Assembly (NCBI GenBank): GCA_965197475.1
Contig: CBDANF010000002.1
Location: 1,056,001-1,120,000, forward strand
DNA from: Candidatus Poribacteria bacterium
Lineage (GTDB): Bacteria > Poribacteria > WGA-4E > WGA-3G
Direction: 5' to 3'
Length of the DNA stretch: 64,000 nt
Shown here: piece by piece, positions 9,104 through 18,788 of the stretch
How the letters are laid out: every line of letters begins with the position of its first letter
How positions within the stretch are numbered: position 1 is the first letter of the stretch
The notes under the pieces: model-generated
What the model was told of the DNA's origin: nothing
Seen by the model: the letters and a program-made list of their open reading frames with translations, nothing else
The model's database searches: none
Position numbers and translations under genes: made by a program

Positions 9104-9859
9104 ATGTTACCCATGTTGAACGATGATATTGAAGAACAAACTAACTTTCAAAAAAAGTTAGGGGTTATTATTGAAGGGGCTGTTTTTAGCGGAATTATTC
9201 AATTTTTGATTGTTACATCAGCAGTTACTTTTGTACTTGAAACGGAGCCTGACCTTAAGCAGTATAAACATTATTTTGATATCTTAGACTGGACGTTTCT
9301 TCTACTGTTTGCGATGGAATATATCCTACGAATTTACACTGCCCTTAATAGGCGAGTATTCATATTCAGTTTCTTTGGGATTGTTGATCTGCTTGCAATT
9401 TTACCTGCCCTAGTGCTTATACCTGGGTTCCGTGTGCTACGCATTCTCAGAGTTTTGCGGGTTTTCAGAATATTTAAGGCGACTCGATTCATCTTGGCAG
9501 TGGATAGAATGATTGATGCATTAAGTGAAGTCAGAAGGGAACTTTTCGCACTTGTAATTCTATCCTCAATGTTTGTCTACTTAGCAGCATGTGGCATCTA
9601 CTACTTTGAAAGAGAGGCACAACCTGATGCTTTTGGTTCAATTTCTGACGCGATGTGGTGGGCAATTGTCACACTAACTACAATTGGTTATGGTGATGTT
9701 TATCCGGTAACAACTGGTGGCAAAATTTTCACTGCATTGGTGGCATTAGTCGGTGTTGGACTCATCGCTATTCCATCTGGATTGTTAGCTTCCGTTCTAA
9801 CTCAGGCGAGGGTTGAAGAAGAACAAGCAGAGGAGAATGCTGCAGAAGATGAAAAATAG
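9104..9859 (+). CDS. Voltage-gated-type 6TM potassium channel
   Basis: S4 segment RVLRILRVLRVFRIFK and selectivity filter TTIGYGD. Confidence 0.9.
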   Translation: MLPMLNDDIEEQTNFQKKLGVIIEGAVFSGIIQFLIVTSAVTFVLETEPDLKQYKHYFDILDWTFLLLFAMEYILRIYTALNRRVFIFSFFGIVDLLAILPALVLIPGFRVLRILRVLRVFRIFKATRFILAVDRMIDALSEVRRELFALVILSSMFVYLAACGIYYFEREAQPDAFGSISDAMWWAIVTLTTIGYGDVYPVTTGGKIFTALVALVGVGLIAIPSGLLASVLTQARVEEEQAEENAAEDEK

Positions 9860-10190
9860 AACTGGGTTCGGACAGAAGTTATTGGCATTTGTTATGCTGT
9901 TGTTGGTACTACATTTCTTTTTAGCATGTGGCATCTACTACTTTGAAAGAGAGACACAACCTGAGGCGTTTGGTTCAATTCGTGCCGCAATGTGGTATAT
10001 TGTAGTAACATTTACGACAATCGGTTATGGAGATGTATATCCTTTCACACTGGGTGGCAAAATTATTAGTATGTTAGTCGCAGGAATTGGATCCTTAATT
10101 GGTTTAGTATGCTTTATCTGGATAGTTTTAGGAACATTAAGGTTTGGAACATTTTTGAGAAAAACACGGAAGAGAATTACGAAAAGTTAG
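9849..10190 (+). CDS. 2TM pore-only (KcsA-like) potassium channel
   Basis: TTIGYGD filter flanked by two TM helices; DNA similar to the pore region of the upstream gene; ATG at 9849 overlaps the upstream stop. Confidence 0.8.
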   Translation: MKNRTGFGQKLLAFVMLLLVLHFFLACGIYYFERETQPEAFGSIRAAMWYIVVTFTTIGYGDVYPFTLGGKIISMLVAGIGSLIGLVCFIWIVLGTLRFGTFLRKTRKRITKS

Positions 10191-10205
10191 AGAAGCGAGG
10201 AAACC

Positions 10206-10961
10206 TTGCAAAACAAAATTGAGATTTCTGACCTGAAAGTGCGTTACGGGGACAAACAGGCACTGAATGGGATTTCCTTTGATGTTCACGAAAACGAAAT
10301 TCTTGGCATCATTGGTCCTGCACAATCAGGTAAAACGACTTTGTTAAAAGTCATCAATAGAACGTTGGAATTTACACAAGGGACATCAGTTGAAGGTTCG
10401 GTGAGGTTAGACGGTGTTGATGTCAACTCAATTAGTGATGTGCATGGATTGCGTAGACGTATCGGTATGGTCCTGCCATTGCCAGTCGGTTTACCACTAT
10501 CCATCTATGATAATGTTGCCTTCACACCGAGGACAGCAGGACTCAGAAAAAAAGACGAATTAGATGAAATTGTGGAACGATGTCTTCAGCAAGCAGCACT
10601 ATGGGATGAAGTCAAAGATCGCTTGGATAGCCTCGGTACTAAACTCTCAGGAGGTCAACAACAGCGATTGACAATAGCACGAGCACTCTCACATCAACCG
10701 GAAATTTTGTGTCTTGATGAATTTTCTATTGCTGTTGATCCAATCACAACAATGCGTATTGAAGATGTACTGCAAACACTGAAAAATGAGATGACAATTC
10801 TACTCGTTACAAATTTGATTCAGCAAGCAAAACGGTTAGCGAATCGAACTGCCTTTATGCTAAACGGTGATCTGATTGAAATTGATGAGACAGATGTAAT
10901 TTTTTCCGATAGTCCAGCAAGTCAATCCACTTACGACTATGTGAATGGTAATTTTGGATAG
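10206..10961 (+). CDS. pstB: Phosphate ABC ATPase PstB-1 (H-loop His replaced by Asn)
   Basis: GPAQSGKTT, LSGGQQQRL, LCLDEFSIAVD, VTNL. Confidence 0.88.
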   Translation: MQNKIEISDLKVRYGDKQALNGISFDVHENEILGIIGPAQSGKTTLLKVINRTLEFTQGTSVEGSVRLDGVDVNSISDVHGLRRRIGMVLPLPVGLPLSIYDNVAFTPRTAGLRKKDELDEIVERCLQQAALWDEVKDRLDSLGTKLSGGQQQRLTIARALSHQPEILCLDEFSIAVDPITTMRIEDVLQTLKNEMTILLVTNLIQQAKRLANRTAFMLNGDLIEIDETDVIFSDSPASQSTYDYVNGNFG

Positions 10962-10982
10962 CGAGAGAGAGGAATATCTCAC

Positions 10983-11756
10983 TTGGAAACAAATAACTAT
11001 AGCATTGAAACAGAGAATCTCAGTCTTTGGTATGGTGATTTTCAGGCACTTATTGATGTGAGTGTGAAAATTCCTGAAGGGAAAATTACAGGACTTATCG
11101 GTCCTTCTGGGTGTGGAAAAACGACACTCCTTCGCTGTTTTAACCGTGTGAATGAACGTTACGGCAACGTTACGACAAAGGGTGAGATTAAAATTTTAGG
11201 AAAAAATATTTATGACACCGATGTCTCTCTACTTGAGTTACGAAAAACAGTGGGTATGGTATTTCAGCGACCTAACCCGTTACCGATTTCAATTTACGAA
11301 AATATTCTATTTGGTTTGCGTATACATTCTCCATTTGGAAGTCTATCGCGCACCCGATCTGATGAGATCGTTGAAGAAGCACTCACCTCTGTTTTTCTGT
11401 GGGACGATTTGAAGGATAAACTAAAGACACGAGCAACATCATTGCAACTTGAGCAGCAACAAAAACTTTGTATTGCACGTCTTCTACCACTTAAACCCCA
11501 GATCATCTTGATGGATGAACCGTGCTCTGCGCTTGATGCCAAAGGCACTCTTGCAGTTGAGGAACTGATGTCTATCCTTGCAGGTACCTATACATTCTTA
11601 ATCGTTACACATAATATGGCACAAGCACGGCGAGTCAGTAATGAGTGTATTTATATGTTCCTCGGTGAACTTATTGAACACAGAGAGACTCAGGCACTTT
11701 TTGATACTCCTGAACATCCAAAAACAGCAGATTATGTGCAGATGCGGTACGGATAG
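10983..11756 (+). CDS. pstB: Phosphate ABC ATPase PstB-2 (degenerate signature motif)
   Basis: GPSGCGKTT, MVFQRPNP, LQLEQQQKL, LMDEPCSALD, VTHNMAQA. Confidence 0.88.
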   Translation: METNNYSIETENLSLWYGDFQALIDVSVKIPEGKITGLIGPSGCGKTTLLRCFNRVNERYGNVTTKGEIKILGKNIYDTDVSLLELRKTVGMVFQRPNPLPISIYENILFGLRIHSPFGSLSRTRSDEIVEEALTSVFLWDDLKDKLKTRATSLQLEQQQKLCIARLLPLKPQIILMDEPCSALDAKGTLAVEELMSILAGTYTFLIVTHNMAQARRVSNECIYMFLGELIEHRETQALFDTPEHPKTADYVQMRYG

Positions 11757-11855
11757 GTTAAATTGGATGGGTGTTTCCGAAGTTTTATAAGTTCAATAGT
11801 TTTTGACAACTGCCTGTCCGGAGAAAGGCATTTCTCTTAGCAGAATGCTAATATC

Positions 11856-12581
11856 ATGAAAAGGTCAGGACTGATTTTTCAGAGCATCGCCTTAATTATA
11901 CTGGTCGTTGCATTCATACTTTTTTGGAATTCCAATATAGGGACGACGTTTGTAGAGGGTAATCCGACATTAGATCAGATCGCCACAGACTCATATTCCG
12001 ATCTGCAAGAAAATCTCTATCGGATGCTTCCAGTTCTGTTTGGATCGATATTGTTCAGTGTTTCAATTGCGTTTTACTTAGAAGAATGGGTTGCAGAAAC
12101 AAGTTGGAAATACCGAATAGTAACAAGCCAAATTGCAATTTTGGCATGCATTCCTTCGCTATTATATGGGATCCTGGGGATTTACTTTTTTGTTTTTCAG
12201 ACAGAGAAGGTTTCGTATTTCGCACATGCGTTAACGATTGTTTTACTCGTGATGCCAATTGTCATTCAGTCAACGCAAAAGGCGATTAAAGGTGTTGCTA
12301 TGCCTGTCCGAGATGCAGCTTATGCTTTAGGTGCGAACAGATGGCGAGTGATATCTGATCATGTTTTTCCGCTTGCGTTTCCTTCGATTTTGGCTGGAAT
12401 TTTCACGGCGATTTCACGTGCGCTTGCTATTGCTGCCTTAATCATCGTTGTTCACATAGTAAAAAATCATGCCCCACATTCAGGAGGCTCCTTCAACATT
12501 CCAAGCAGTGTAATTGTGCTTCTCTCATCGGCACTGTTGTCCAGCATTATCTCAAGTTTTCTTCAGAAGAAACCAAATTAA
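11856..12581 (+). CDS. Divergent, shortened PstA-like permease
   Basis: AFYLEEW, LACIPSLLYG, DAAYALGANRW; lacks the GETAP motif. Confidence 0.78.
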   Translation: MKRSGLIFQSIALIILVVAFILFWNSNIGTTFVEGNPTLDQIATDSYSDLQENLYRMLPVLFGSILFSVSIAFYLEEWVAETSWKYRIVTSQIAILACIPSLLYGILGIYFFVFQTEKVSYFAHALTIVLLVMPIVIQSTQKAIKGVAMPVRDAAYALGANRWRVISDHVFPLAFPSILAGIFTAISRALAIAALIIVVHIVKNHAPHSGGSFNIPSSVIVLLSSALLSSIISSFLQKKPN

Positions 12582-12635
12582 CTCTAAAAACTCTCTTATT
12601 TTACATGAAACTATTAACATAGGATTCAACGAAGA

Positions 12636-13406
12636 ATGCAACCATTAAAAACGGCTCCTATCTTACATATAAACGATTTAAATGTTTGGTACGGCAAAAA
12701 ACAGATTCTCAAAAATCTCACTTTTGATGTGTTGCCAAAGCAGGTCACAGCATTTATTGGTCCGTCGAATTGTGGTAAAACCACATTGGTGCGTTGCTTA
12801 AACCGGTTAAATGACCAGACTGTAAACTTCAGACATACTGGAGAGATTCTTTTTAAAGGTAATGACCTTTATGCAGCAAAGTTAAAAGCATCTAAAATTG
12901 CTCGGCAAATAGGCATGGTTTTCCAAAAGCCGATTCCATTCCGCAAATCCATCTACGAAAATGTTGCCTACAGTATGCGGCTTCGCGGAATAAGAAAGTC
13001 AGGTCAACTTGATAGTATCGTAGAAGAATGTCTCAAAAAGGCACAACTTTGGAATGAAGTTCATCCCGATCTTCATGCTTCTCCTGAGATTTTGTCTAAT
13101 GGTCAACAACAGCAGCTTTGCATTGCACGCGCATTAGCAGGAGATCCTGAAATTCTGATATTTGACGAACCGTGTGAACAACTGGATGCAGCTGAAACAC
13201 CCATACTGGAAGCGATTGTTCAGAGTCTCAAGAGCCAATATACGCTTATCTTTGTCACCAACAAAAGACGGCAAGCCGCACGCGTGTCGGATGTAGCTGG
13301 ATTCCTCTGTTACGGGGAGTTGGTAGAATTCGGGCAAACGGAACAGATTTTTACGAACCCTAAAGACAAACGAACTGAAGACTACGTAACCGGTAGATTA
13401 GGTTAA
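12636..13406 (+). CDS. pstB: Phosphate ABC ATPase PstB-3 (degenerate)
   Basis: GPSNCGKTT, MVFQKPIPF, LSNGQQQQL, FDEPCEQLD, VTNKRRQA, C-terminal TEDYVTGRLG. Confidence 0.85.
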   Translation: MQPLKTAPILHINDLNVWYGKKQILKNLTFDVLPKQVTAFIGPSNCGKTTLVRCLNRLNDQTVNFRHTGEILFKGNDLYAAKLKASKIARQIGMVFQKPIPFRKSIYENVAYSMRLRGIRKSGQLDSIVEECLKKAQLWNEVHPDLHASPEILSNGQQQQLCIARALAGDPEILIFDEPCEQLDAAETPILEAIVQSLKSQYTLIFVTNKRRQAARVSDVAGFLCYGELVEFGQTEQIFTNPKDKRTEDYVTGRLG

Positions 13407-13429
13407 TCCAGAATTCGCGGGAGACACAG

Positions 13430-14113
13430 ATGCAACATTACCTTGAATCAGAGCTCAAAGCACTTCAGCACCAACTCCTTAAAATGGGAGGAATTGCCGA
13501 AAACATGTTGCGTGATGCTGTTCAATCTATCCTAAACCGAGATGAGGATTTGGCAAAACGTGTTATCGCTGTTGACGATACAGTTGACAAACTTGAAAAT
13601 GAAATTGAAGCAAGATGTATCCAACTAATAGCCCGACACCAACCTGTAGCATTTGAATTACGCTACTTGACTACGGCTCTGAAGGTAAATAGGAACATTG
13701 AAAGGTTAGCCGATAAATGTGTTTCTATAGCCAGACGTAGTATTCAACTTTTAACATATCCGCCAATGCAGACCTTTGTTGATCTCCCTTCTATAACACA
13801 TTTAATTCAAGAGATGGTCAAAGACGCGCTTGACGCGCTTGTCCATCGGGATGCTGAACTCGCAAGAGAAGTCCGAGAACGCGACAACAAAGTAAATACT
13901 ATCTATGAACAGATGGAGGGTGAACTTTGTGCTATTTTAGCCGATCAACCGCAGCTCATCCAGTCTGGTATTAGTGTTCTGCTTCTTTTTCGGCATCTGG
14001 AACGGGTAGGAGACCTTGCAGCAAATATTGGTGAGGAGGTATATTACCTTGTCAAAGGGGAAGTTATTCGACATTCAGACATCACAATAGATGCATCTGT
14101 AGAGTCGCAGTGA
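13430..14113 (+). CDS. phoU: Phosphate signalling complex protein PhoU
   Basis: QPVAFELR, ERLADK, LERVGDLAANI repeats. Confidence 0.92.
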   Translation: MQHYLESELKALQHQLLKMGGIAENMLRDAVQSILNRDEDLAKRVIAVDDTVDKLENEIEARCIQLIARHQPVAFELRYLTTALKVNRNIERLADKCVSIARRSIQLLTYPPMQTFVDLPSITHLIQEMVKDALDALVHRDAELAREVRERDNKVNTIYEQMEGELCAILADQPQLIQSGISVLLLFRHLERVGDLAANIGEEVYYLVKGEVIRHSDITIDASVESQ

Positions 14114-14133
14114 ACCTTGAAATGAATGTGCTG

Positions 14134-15339
14134 TTAGCTATCTTCTGAGTAAAAATGAACATCTCGTTGTGGGAATGGGATTGTGATGTTGTATTCCTTA
14201 AACTTTTTCCAAATCATAAAATGAAGGTCGCTTGCAATCTCAAAACGATCAAACGTATTTGGAATCCATGCTAACAATTCAAAGTCTAACGAAAACTCAC
14301 TAAAATTAGTAAACCGGACAAACGGAGCCGTAACGTTCTCCATTTCAGGTGTCGGTTCTTTAATCACTTCAGGGTGTGCATGTGCCACCTCAAGCAATGC
14401 TTTTTTGACGAGTTCTACGTCTGAACTAAACGATACACCTACCTTAATGCTAACACGAAAGCGGTTGTTATAATGGGTCAGGTTATGGACCGGCTCCGTA
14501 ATTAATTGCGAATTTGGAACAATAATTTCCTTTGCATCAAGTGCCATAACAATTGTTGAGCGGAGATTGATGCTACTCACCCTTCCAAAAATGTTAACGT
14601 CCATAATCTCCACCAAATCCCCAATTTTGATAGGTCGTTCAAAAATTAGAATAAATCCTGAAATCAGATTCGATACGATGTTCTGCAAACCGAAACCGAC
14701 ACCGATACTCAACCCGCCGAAAATTATAGCTAAACTCGTGAAACTAATTCCCAGGGTATTGAGACTGATAAGCACTCCGATAGTAATAAGGATGAAGTGA
14801 AAAAAGCGGAGTATAATGAATTGGGTGTGCCTCTCAATTTGAAAGGCACGTAACACTTGCCGCTGCAAGGCCCATTGCGCGTACTTAGACAGAACAAACA
14901 TCCCAAAGACAATAGCGAACCCATAAAAAAGCCTTGCTAAGGTCAATCCACTCTTATCTGTGTCGTCTATTACTGATGGCGACACTCCACCAGCATCTGT
15001 TTCAGCAGGTTTGAGGGGAGGCTGAAACAGATCAGCAAGTGGATAATTAATAGCTTTGCCAAATAGTCCTGTGCTAATGCCGGCAACATTGAATGCAACA
15101 CCGATCCCAACAATCATTACAATGAGGAATAGGATTGCAAGTAGACGATTTGATATGTTTTGCTGTATCTTTAGTCTATCAAAAAGGCGGCGGAACCATT
15201 GACGTAAATATCCTGCGATTATCAACGACGCTACCAAAATCCCAATAAAGACCAGAATTTGCCAGACTTTTACCGGCTCATCTAAAGTAATAACGTCCTC
15301 GTTGAGGAATTTGAGAAATCGTTGATATATTTCATCCAT
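14134..15339 (-). CDS. MscS-family mechanosensitive channel
   Basis: GVGFGLQNIVSNLISG, ERPIKIGD, IIVPNSQLI, IPFPQRDVH. Confidence 0.9.
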   Translation of the reverse strand: MDEIYQRFLKFLNEDVITLDEPVKVWQILVFIGILVASLIIAGYLRQWFRRLFDRLKIQQNISNRLLAILFLIVMIVGIGVAFNVAGISTGLFGKAINYPLADLFQPPLKPAETDAGGVSPSVIDDTDKSGLTLARLFYGFAIVFGMFVLSKYAQWALQRQVLRAFQIERHTQFIILRFFHFILITIGVLISLNTLGISFTSLAIIFGGLSIGVGFGLQNIVSNLISGFILIFERPIKIGDLVEIMDVNIFGRVSSINLRSTIVMALDAKEIIVPNSQLITEPVHNLTHYNNRFRVSIKVGVSFSSDVELVKKALLEVAHAHPEVIKEPTPEMENVTAPFVRFTNFSEFSLDFELLAWIPNTFDRFEIASDLHFMIWKKFKEYNITIPFPQRDVHFYSEDS

Positions 15340-15362
15340 TTTTTGTTATCCAACCCATATCC

Positions 15363-17777
15363 TCAATCAATCGCTATCTGCTCAATTGAGTGGACAAACA
15401 ACACATCGTTTACACCCTGGTAACGCTGCAGAACGTGATCTAAATCTCCGGAATTCAGGTCTTCTGTTGTTAATCCCGTGATAACCAAGTCAGCCTGAGT
15501 TGATCTTTTCTCTACTTCTTCCTCCAATTCTTCGGCACTGTCATAAGACACGGATGTCACATTCTGCATTGAAATGGGCAGTCTTCCTTCCTTGATGACC
15601 GTTGAGAGTTGATCGGCATCGAGTTCAGTATCCCACGAATCGGAACATGCGAAGAGCCGAATTTTTGCCCGTTTCCATTCCGGATGCCCAACTAAAATAT
15701 AAGCAAGCAACAACATCATCGAAACATTGGCTATGTTGTCATCTGTTACCCATACATGGATTGAGGATCGGTAACCGAAGCGATACTTCGTTGATCGCAA
15801 GACCAGAACGTTAAAAAACGATTCCACGGCGAGTCGCGCACCTTGTTTAACCTCATCGATCTCTTCAGGATGGTCTTTATCAAATTCGAGTAGGATAGAG
15901 TTGTTAGGTAATCCCGAAATTCCAGGCATCTGCAGCACCTGTGCCAAAGCAAGTTGGAAAGTCGGACAAATTAGGGAATCGACAAAAATACCCGCACGAC
16001 TTGCTTCGGTCTGTTGGATTAAAGCCTCAACATGAATACGTGCAGAGATCTCTCCGGGAAATGAGTAATCTCCTGGGAAAAATTGAATAAAATGACCGAA
16101 TCCCTGACGATGGCAGATCCAACGAAGTAGATCAAAATGTCCGAGTCGTCTTTCGCCGAATTGGGTTATGCCGACAATTGAAGGTCGCCATCCGCTTTCG
16201 GAAAAATTCGCCCTGTTTTTCTGTAAGGTAGTTTGCAGCCAACGAGTTAACTGAAACATCGCCCCTTGGAAGATACCAGTCATTCCTCGCTGTTCACCAT
16301 GTCCACGGCGAAGTCCGATGTAGATTGCCAACATGAGGAAAATTGAGATAAATGCGTAAAACACGTTTATCAGAATCATCATCAACCCACACATAACGGT
16401 GCCTAATAATGACACATACCAACGGGAGTGGAATGTTGGTCGATAGGATGGATTGCCAGCAAAATGCTCAAGGAACGAGACAACACAGAGAGCACCGTAA
16501 GTCACCAAAAAGAACATGGTCAAAATCTGTGCGATAAAGTTTAGTTCTCCTATGACGACAAACACCATCGCGATAGCACCTGAAATGAAAGTCGTGGGCA
16601 CCGGTTCCTGCGTTTTTCCTATACCTGTTCGCATGAGACGGTTGAGACCTGGAATTGGTAAAACGTTATCGCGTGCAAGTGCTTGTAACGTTCTTGGTGC
16701 TACCATGATTGAGCCAAGCGCGGATGACAACGAGGCTGCGCCCAACCCAATAAAAATTGCGGGATCCCATATTGATATTTTTGCCATAATGAATTTATCT
16801 CCAGCAAGATCCGCTGGTGTAGCACTTTGAGCAAGTTTAAAAGCAACAAGAATATATACGACCATGCCCGTTAACGTTGCACCGATTGTGCCAAGAGGGA
16901 TACTCCGTTGAGGGTTCCTCAGATCACCAGATAACCCTAAACCGGCAATCATTCCCGTGAAAGCCGGAAAACATATTGCAAATACTATCCCAAAATCATC
17001 ACCATCTGGGATGGCTGCGTTGAAGTCCAGTCCCTTTAGTTGTTTTTCTTCGGCACCCTGTTCCGGGGGTGTTTCTATAGGGACCTGCTCTAGGGGCATA
17101 TCTTCGGCACCCTGTTCCGGGGGTGTTTCTATAGGGACCTGCTCTAGGGGCATATCTTCGGCACCCTGCTCTGAGGGTATATCTATGGCACCCCCAAGGA
17201 AGAAAGCTGAAAGTGATACTACCAGAATCGCGCAAATCCACCACAACATTGACACACCCATATTAGCACCTTTTGTCAACATAATGACAATAAGTATTAA
17301 TGTAAAAGGAATACTCAACCAACGAGGTTCGTAGTCGATCTCAAGTTCTTTGTACTCTCCTACAATCGTGTCGAATAAAGGTTCGAAAGCTTCGGCGAAC
17401 GCGACCATGTAGAATGCTATAGAAATCGCTTGCGAAAGATATAAGGCAAAACCAATTGTGCCGCCGATACTTGTGCCAAAGGATCGACTAACGATATAGT
17501 AAGCACCGCCACCAGCAACACGCCGGTTCGTTGCGATCTCAGATACAGCCAGAACTGTAGGAATGGTCACGAGATGTCCAAGCACAATCAGGGCAAGACT
17601 TTTCAAAAGTCCAACATTTCCTACAGCGTAACCAAAACGTAAAAAGAGAATTGCGCCGAGGATTGTACATATTGAAGCTAAAAACACAGGAGCAGTGCCA
17701 AAACCGTGCCCTTGTTGATTAGCTGTATTATTACCACCAAATCTGGATCGATATTGTTGTCCCAACTTTGAAAGCAT
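15363..17777 (-). CDS. Cation-chloride cotransporter (SLC12/CCC)-like APC permease
   Basis: ILGAILFLR, GGGAYYIVSRSFG, FPAFTGMIAG, SGDLRNPQRSIP, WRP, cytoplasmic C-terminal domain. Confidence 0.88.
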   Translation of the reverse strand: MLSKLGQQYRSRFGGNNTANQQGHGFGTAPVFLASICTILGAILFLRFGYAVGNVGLLKSLALIVLGHLVTIPTVLAVSEIATNRRVAGGGAYYIVSRSFGTSIGGTIGFALYLSQAISIAFYMVAFAEAFEPLFDTIVGEYKELEIDYEPRWLSIPFTLILIVIMLTKGANMGVSMLWWICAILVVSLSAFFLGGAIDIPSEQGAEDMPLEQVPIETPPEQGAEDMPLEQVPIETPPEQGAEEKQLKGLDFNAAIPDGDDFGIVFAICFPAFTGMIAGLGLSGDLRNPQRSIPLGTIGATLTGMVVYILVAFKLAQSATPADLAGDKFIMAKISIWDPAIFIGLGAASLSSALGSIMVAPRTLQALARDNVLPIPGLNRLMRTGIGKTQEPVPTTFISGAIAMVFVVIGELNFIAQILTMFFLVTYGALCVVSFLEHFAGNPSYRPTFHSRWYVSLLGTVMCGLMMILINVFYAFISIFLMLAIYIGLRRGHGEQRGMTGIFQGAMFQLTRWLQTTLQKNRANFSESGWRPSIVGITQFGERRLGHFDLLRWICHRQGFGHFIQFFPGDYSFPGEISARIHVEALIQQTEASRAGIFVDSLICPTFQLALAQVLQMPGISGLPNNSILLEFDKDHPEEIDEVKQGARLAVESFFNVLVLRSTKYRFGYRSSIHVWVTDDNIANVSMMLLLAYILVGHPEWKRAKIRLFACSDSWDTELDADQLSTVIKEGRLPISMQNVTSVSYDSAEELEEEVEKRSTQADLVITGLTTEDLNSGDLDHVLQRYQGVNDVLFVHSIEQIAID
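17047..17168. repeat. 54-bp in-frame tandem repeat (~2.3 copies) inside the CCC gene
   Basis: Units start at 17047, 17101 and 17155; encode EQGAEDMPLEQVPIETPP. Confidence 0.9.
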
Positions 17778-17911
17778 TATTTGATTTCCTTCAGTTTAGA
17801 GGGAAACTCCATTAAATAAATGTTTTTCAAATAGTGTTCATCGAAAATAAATGAACACTAACACAATATATTACATTGTTTATAAATAACATTTAAGTAT
17901 TAACGTAGCCG

Positions 17912-18661
17912 CTATAGTGTGACACGTAAAATTGATAGATATTTGTAGTGCAAATTATCTGTTAATGGCGCACTATTGTAGGTTAAAGATCCGCTTAGAC
18001 GCAATCCAAGCCGAGTTGTAAGGTTAACAGTAACAGCAGGTTCTGCAGAAAACCGATAGTTCTTGAAGCCTACTTCCGGTGTAAATTTCAATAATGTATT
18101 AAGTTTTTTCCAACCTATAGAAGAAAAAGCTAACCATCGAAACGAGGTAGGATCAAATTTTCTTATTGTAAGGTCTTTGTAAGGTTGAATATTCTCAATG
18201 AAGTAGCCAATTCCTCCTGAAACGCGGAGCGTACCTTTCTCATATATCCCCGGTCGAATATAACTCCCAAGTTGTGAGGTTAAGGCACTTCCTTTACTTA
18301 TGTCGCGTTCAATATCTGTAAATGCTTCGATCCCAAATTTGTTGATGCGCATCCCACCCTGTAGATGGACCTTGATGATTTCAGTAAGCACCCCTTCTTC
18401 ACCAGAAGCACGCGAACCAAAGATACCTCCCCAACCGTTTATGTTTGTGAACGGCAAGACTGCAGTTAAGGAAAGTGTTTGTGATGCGCCATCGCCCGAA
18501 ATTCCAAAATCTAATGTTTTCGCATCGGTTGGCAAATCAGCAAACTGACTGTAAGCAGGTATTGAAATAACCATTGAAAAGATACCAACAAACGCAAGTC
18601 GCCATATTACGAAACCTCGCCCGCTGACAAAACATGCTTGTATTTCTGCCATCCAGTTCAT
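17912..18661 (-). CDS. Putative outer-membrane beta-barrel (DUF481-like); start uncertain
   Basis: Signal-like hydrophobic stretch ending AYS; alternating amphipathic strands; C-terminal LRVTL. Confidence 0.55.
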   Translation of the reverse strand: MNWMAEIQACFVSGRGFVIWRLAFVGIFSMVISIPAYSQFADLPTDAKTLDFGISGDGASQTLSLTAVLPFTNINGWGGIFGSRASGEEGVLTEIIKVHLQGGMRINKFGIEAFTDIERDISKGSALTSQLGSYIRPGIYEKGTLRVSGGIGYFIENIQPYKDLTIRKFDPTSFRWLAFSSIGWKKLNTLLKFTPEVGFKNYRFSAEPAVTVNLTTRLGLRLSGSLTYNSAPLTDNLHYKYLSILRVTL

Positions 18662-18788
18662 ATTTTGATAGTCACCTGATTACGAATATTATATATATCT
18701 TCCCATATTTCCTCAGTATAGAAGTTGATCAGAAGACCCACCAACATGCTTCTGTCAATCCTCCCACGAAACATCAACCTAACGTACA

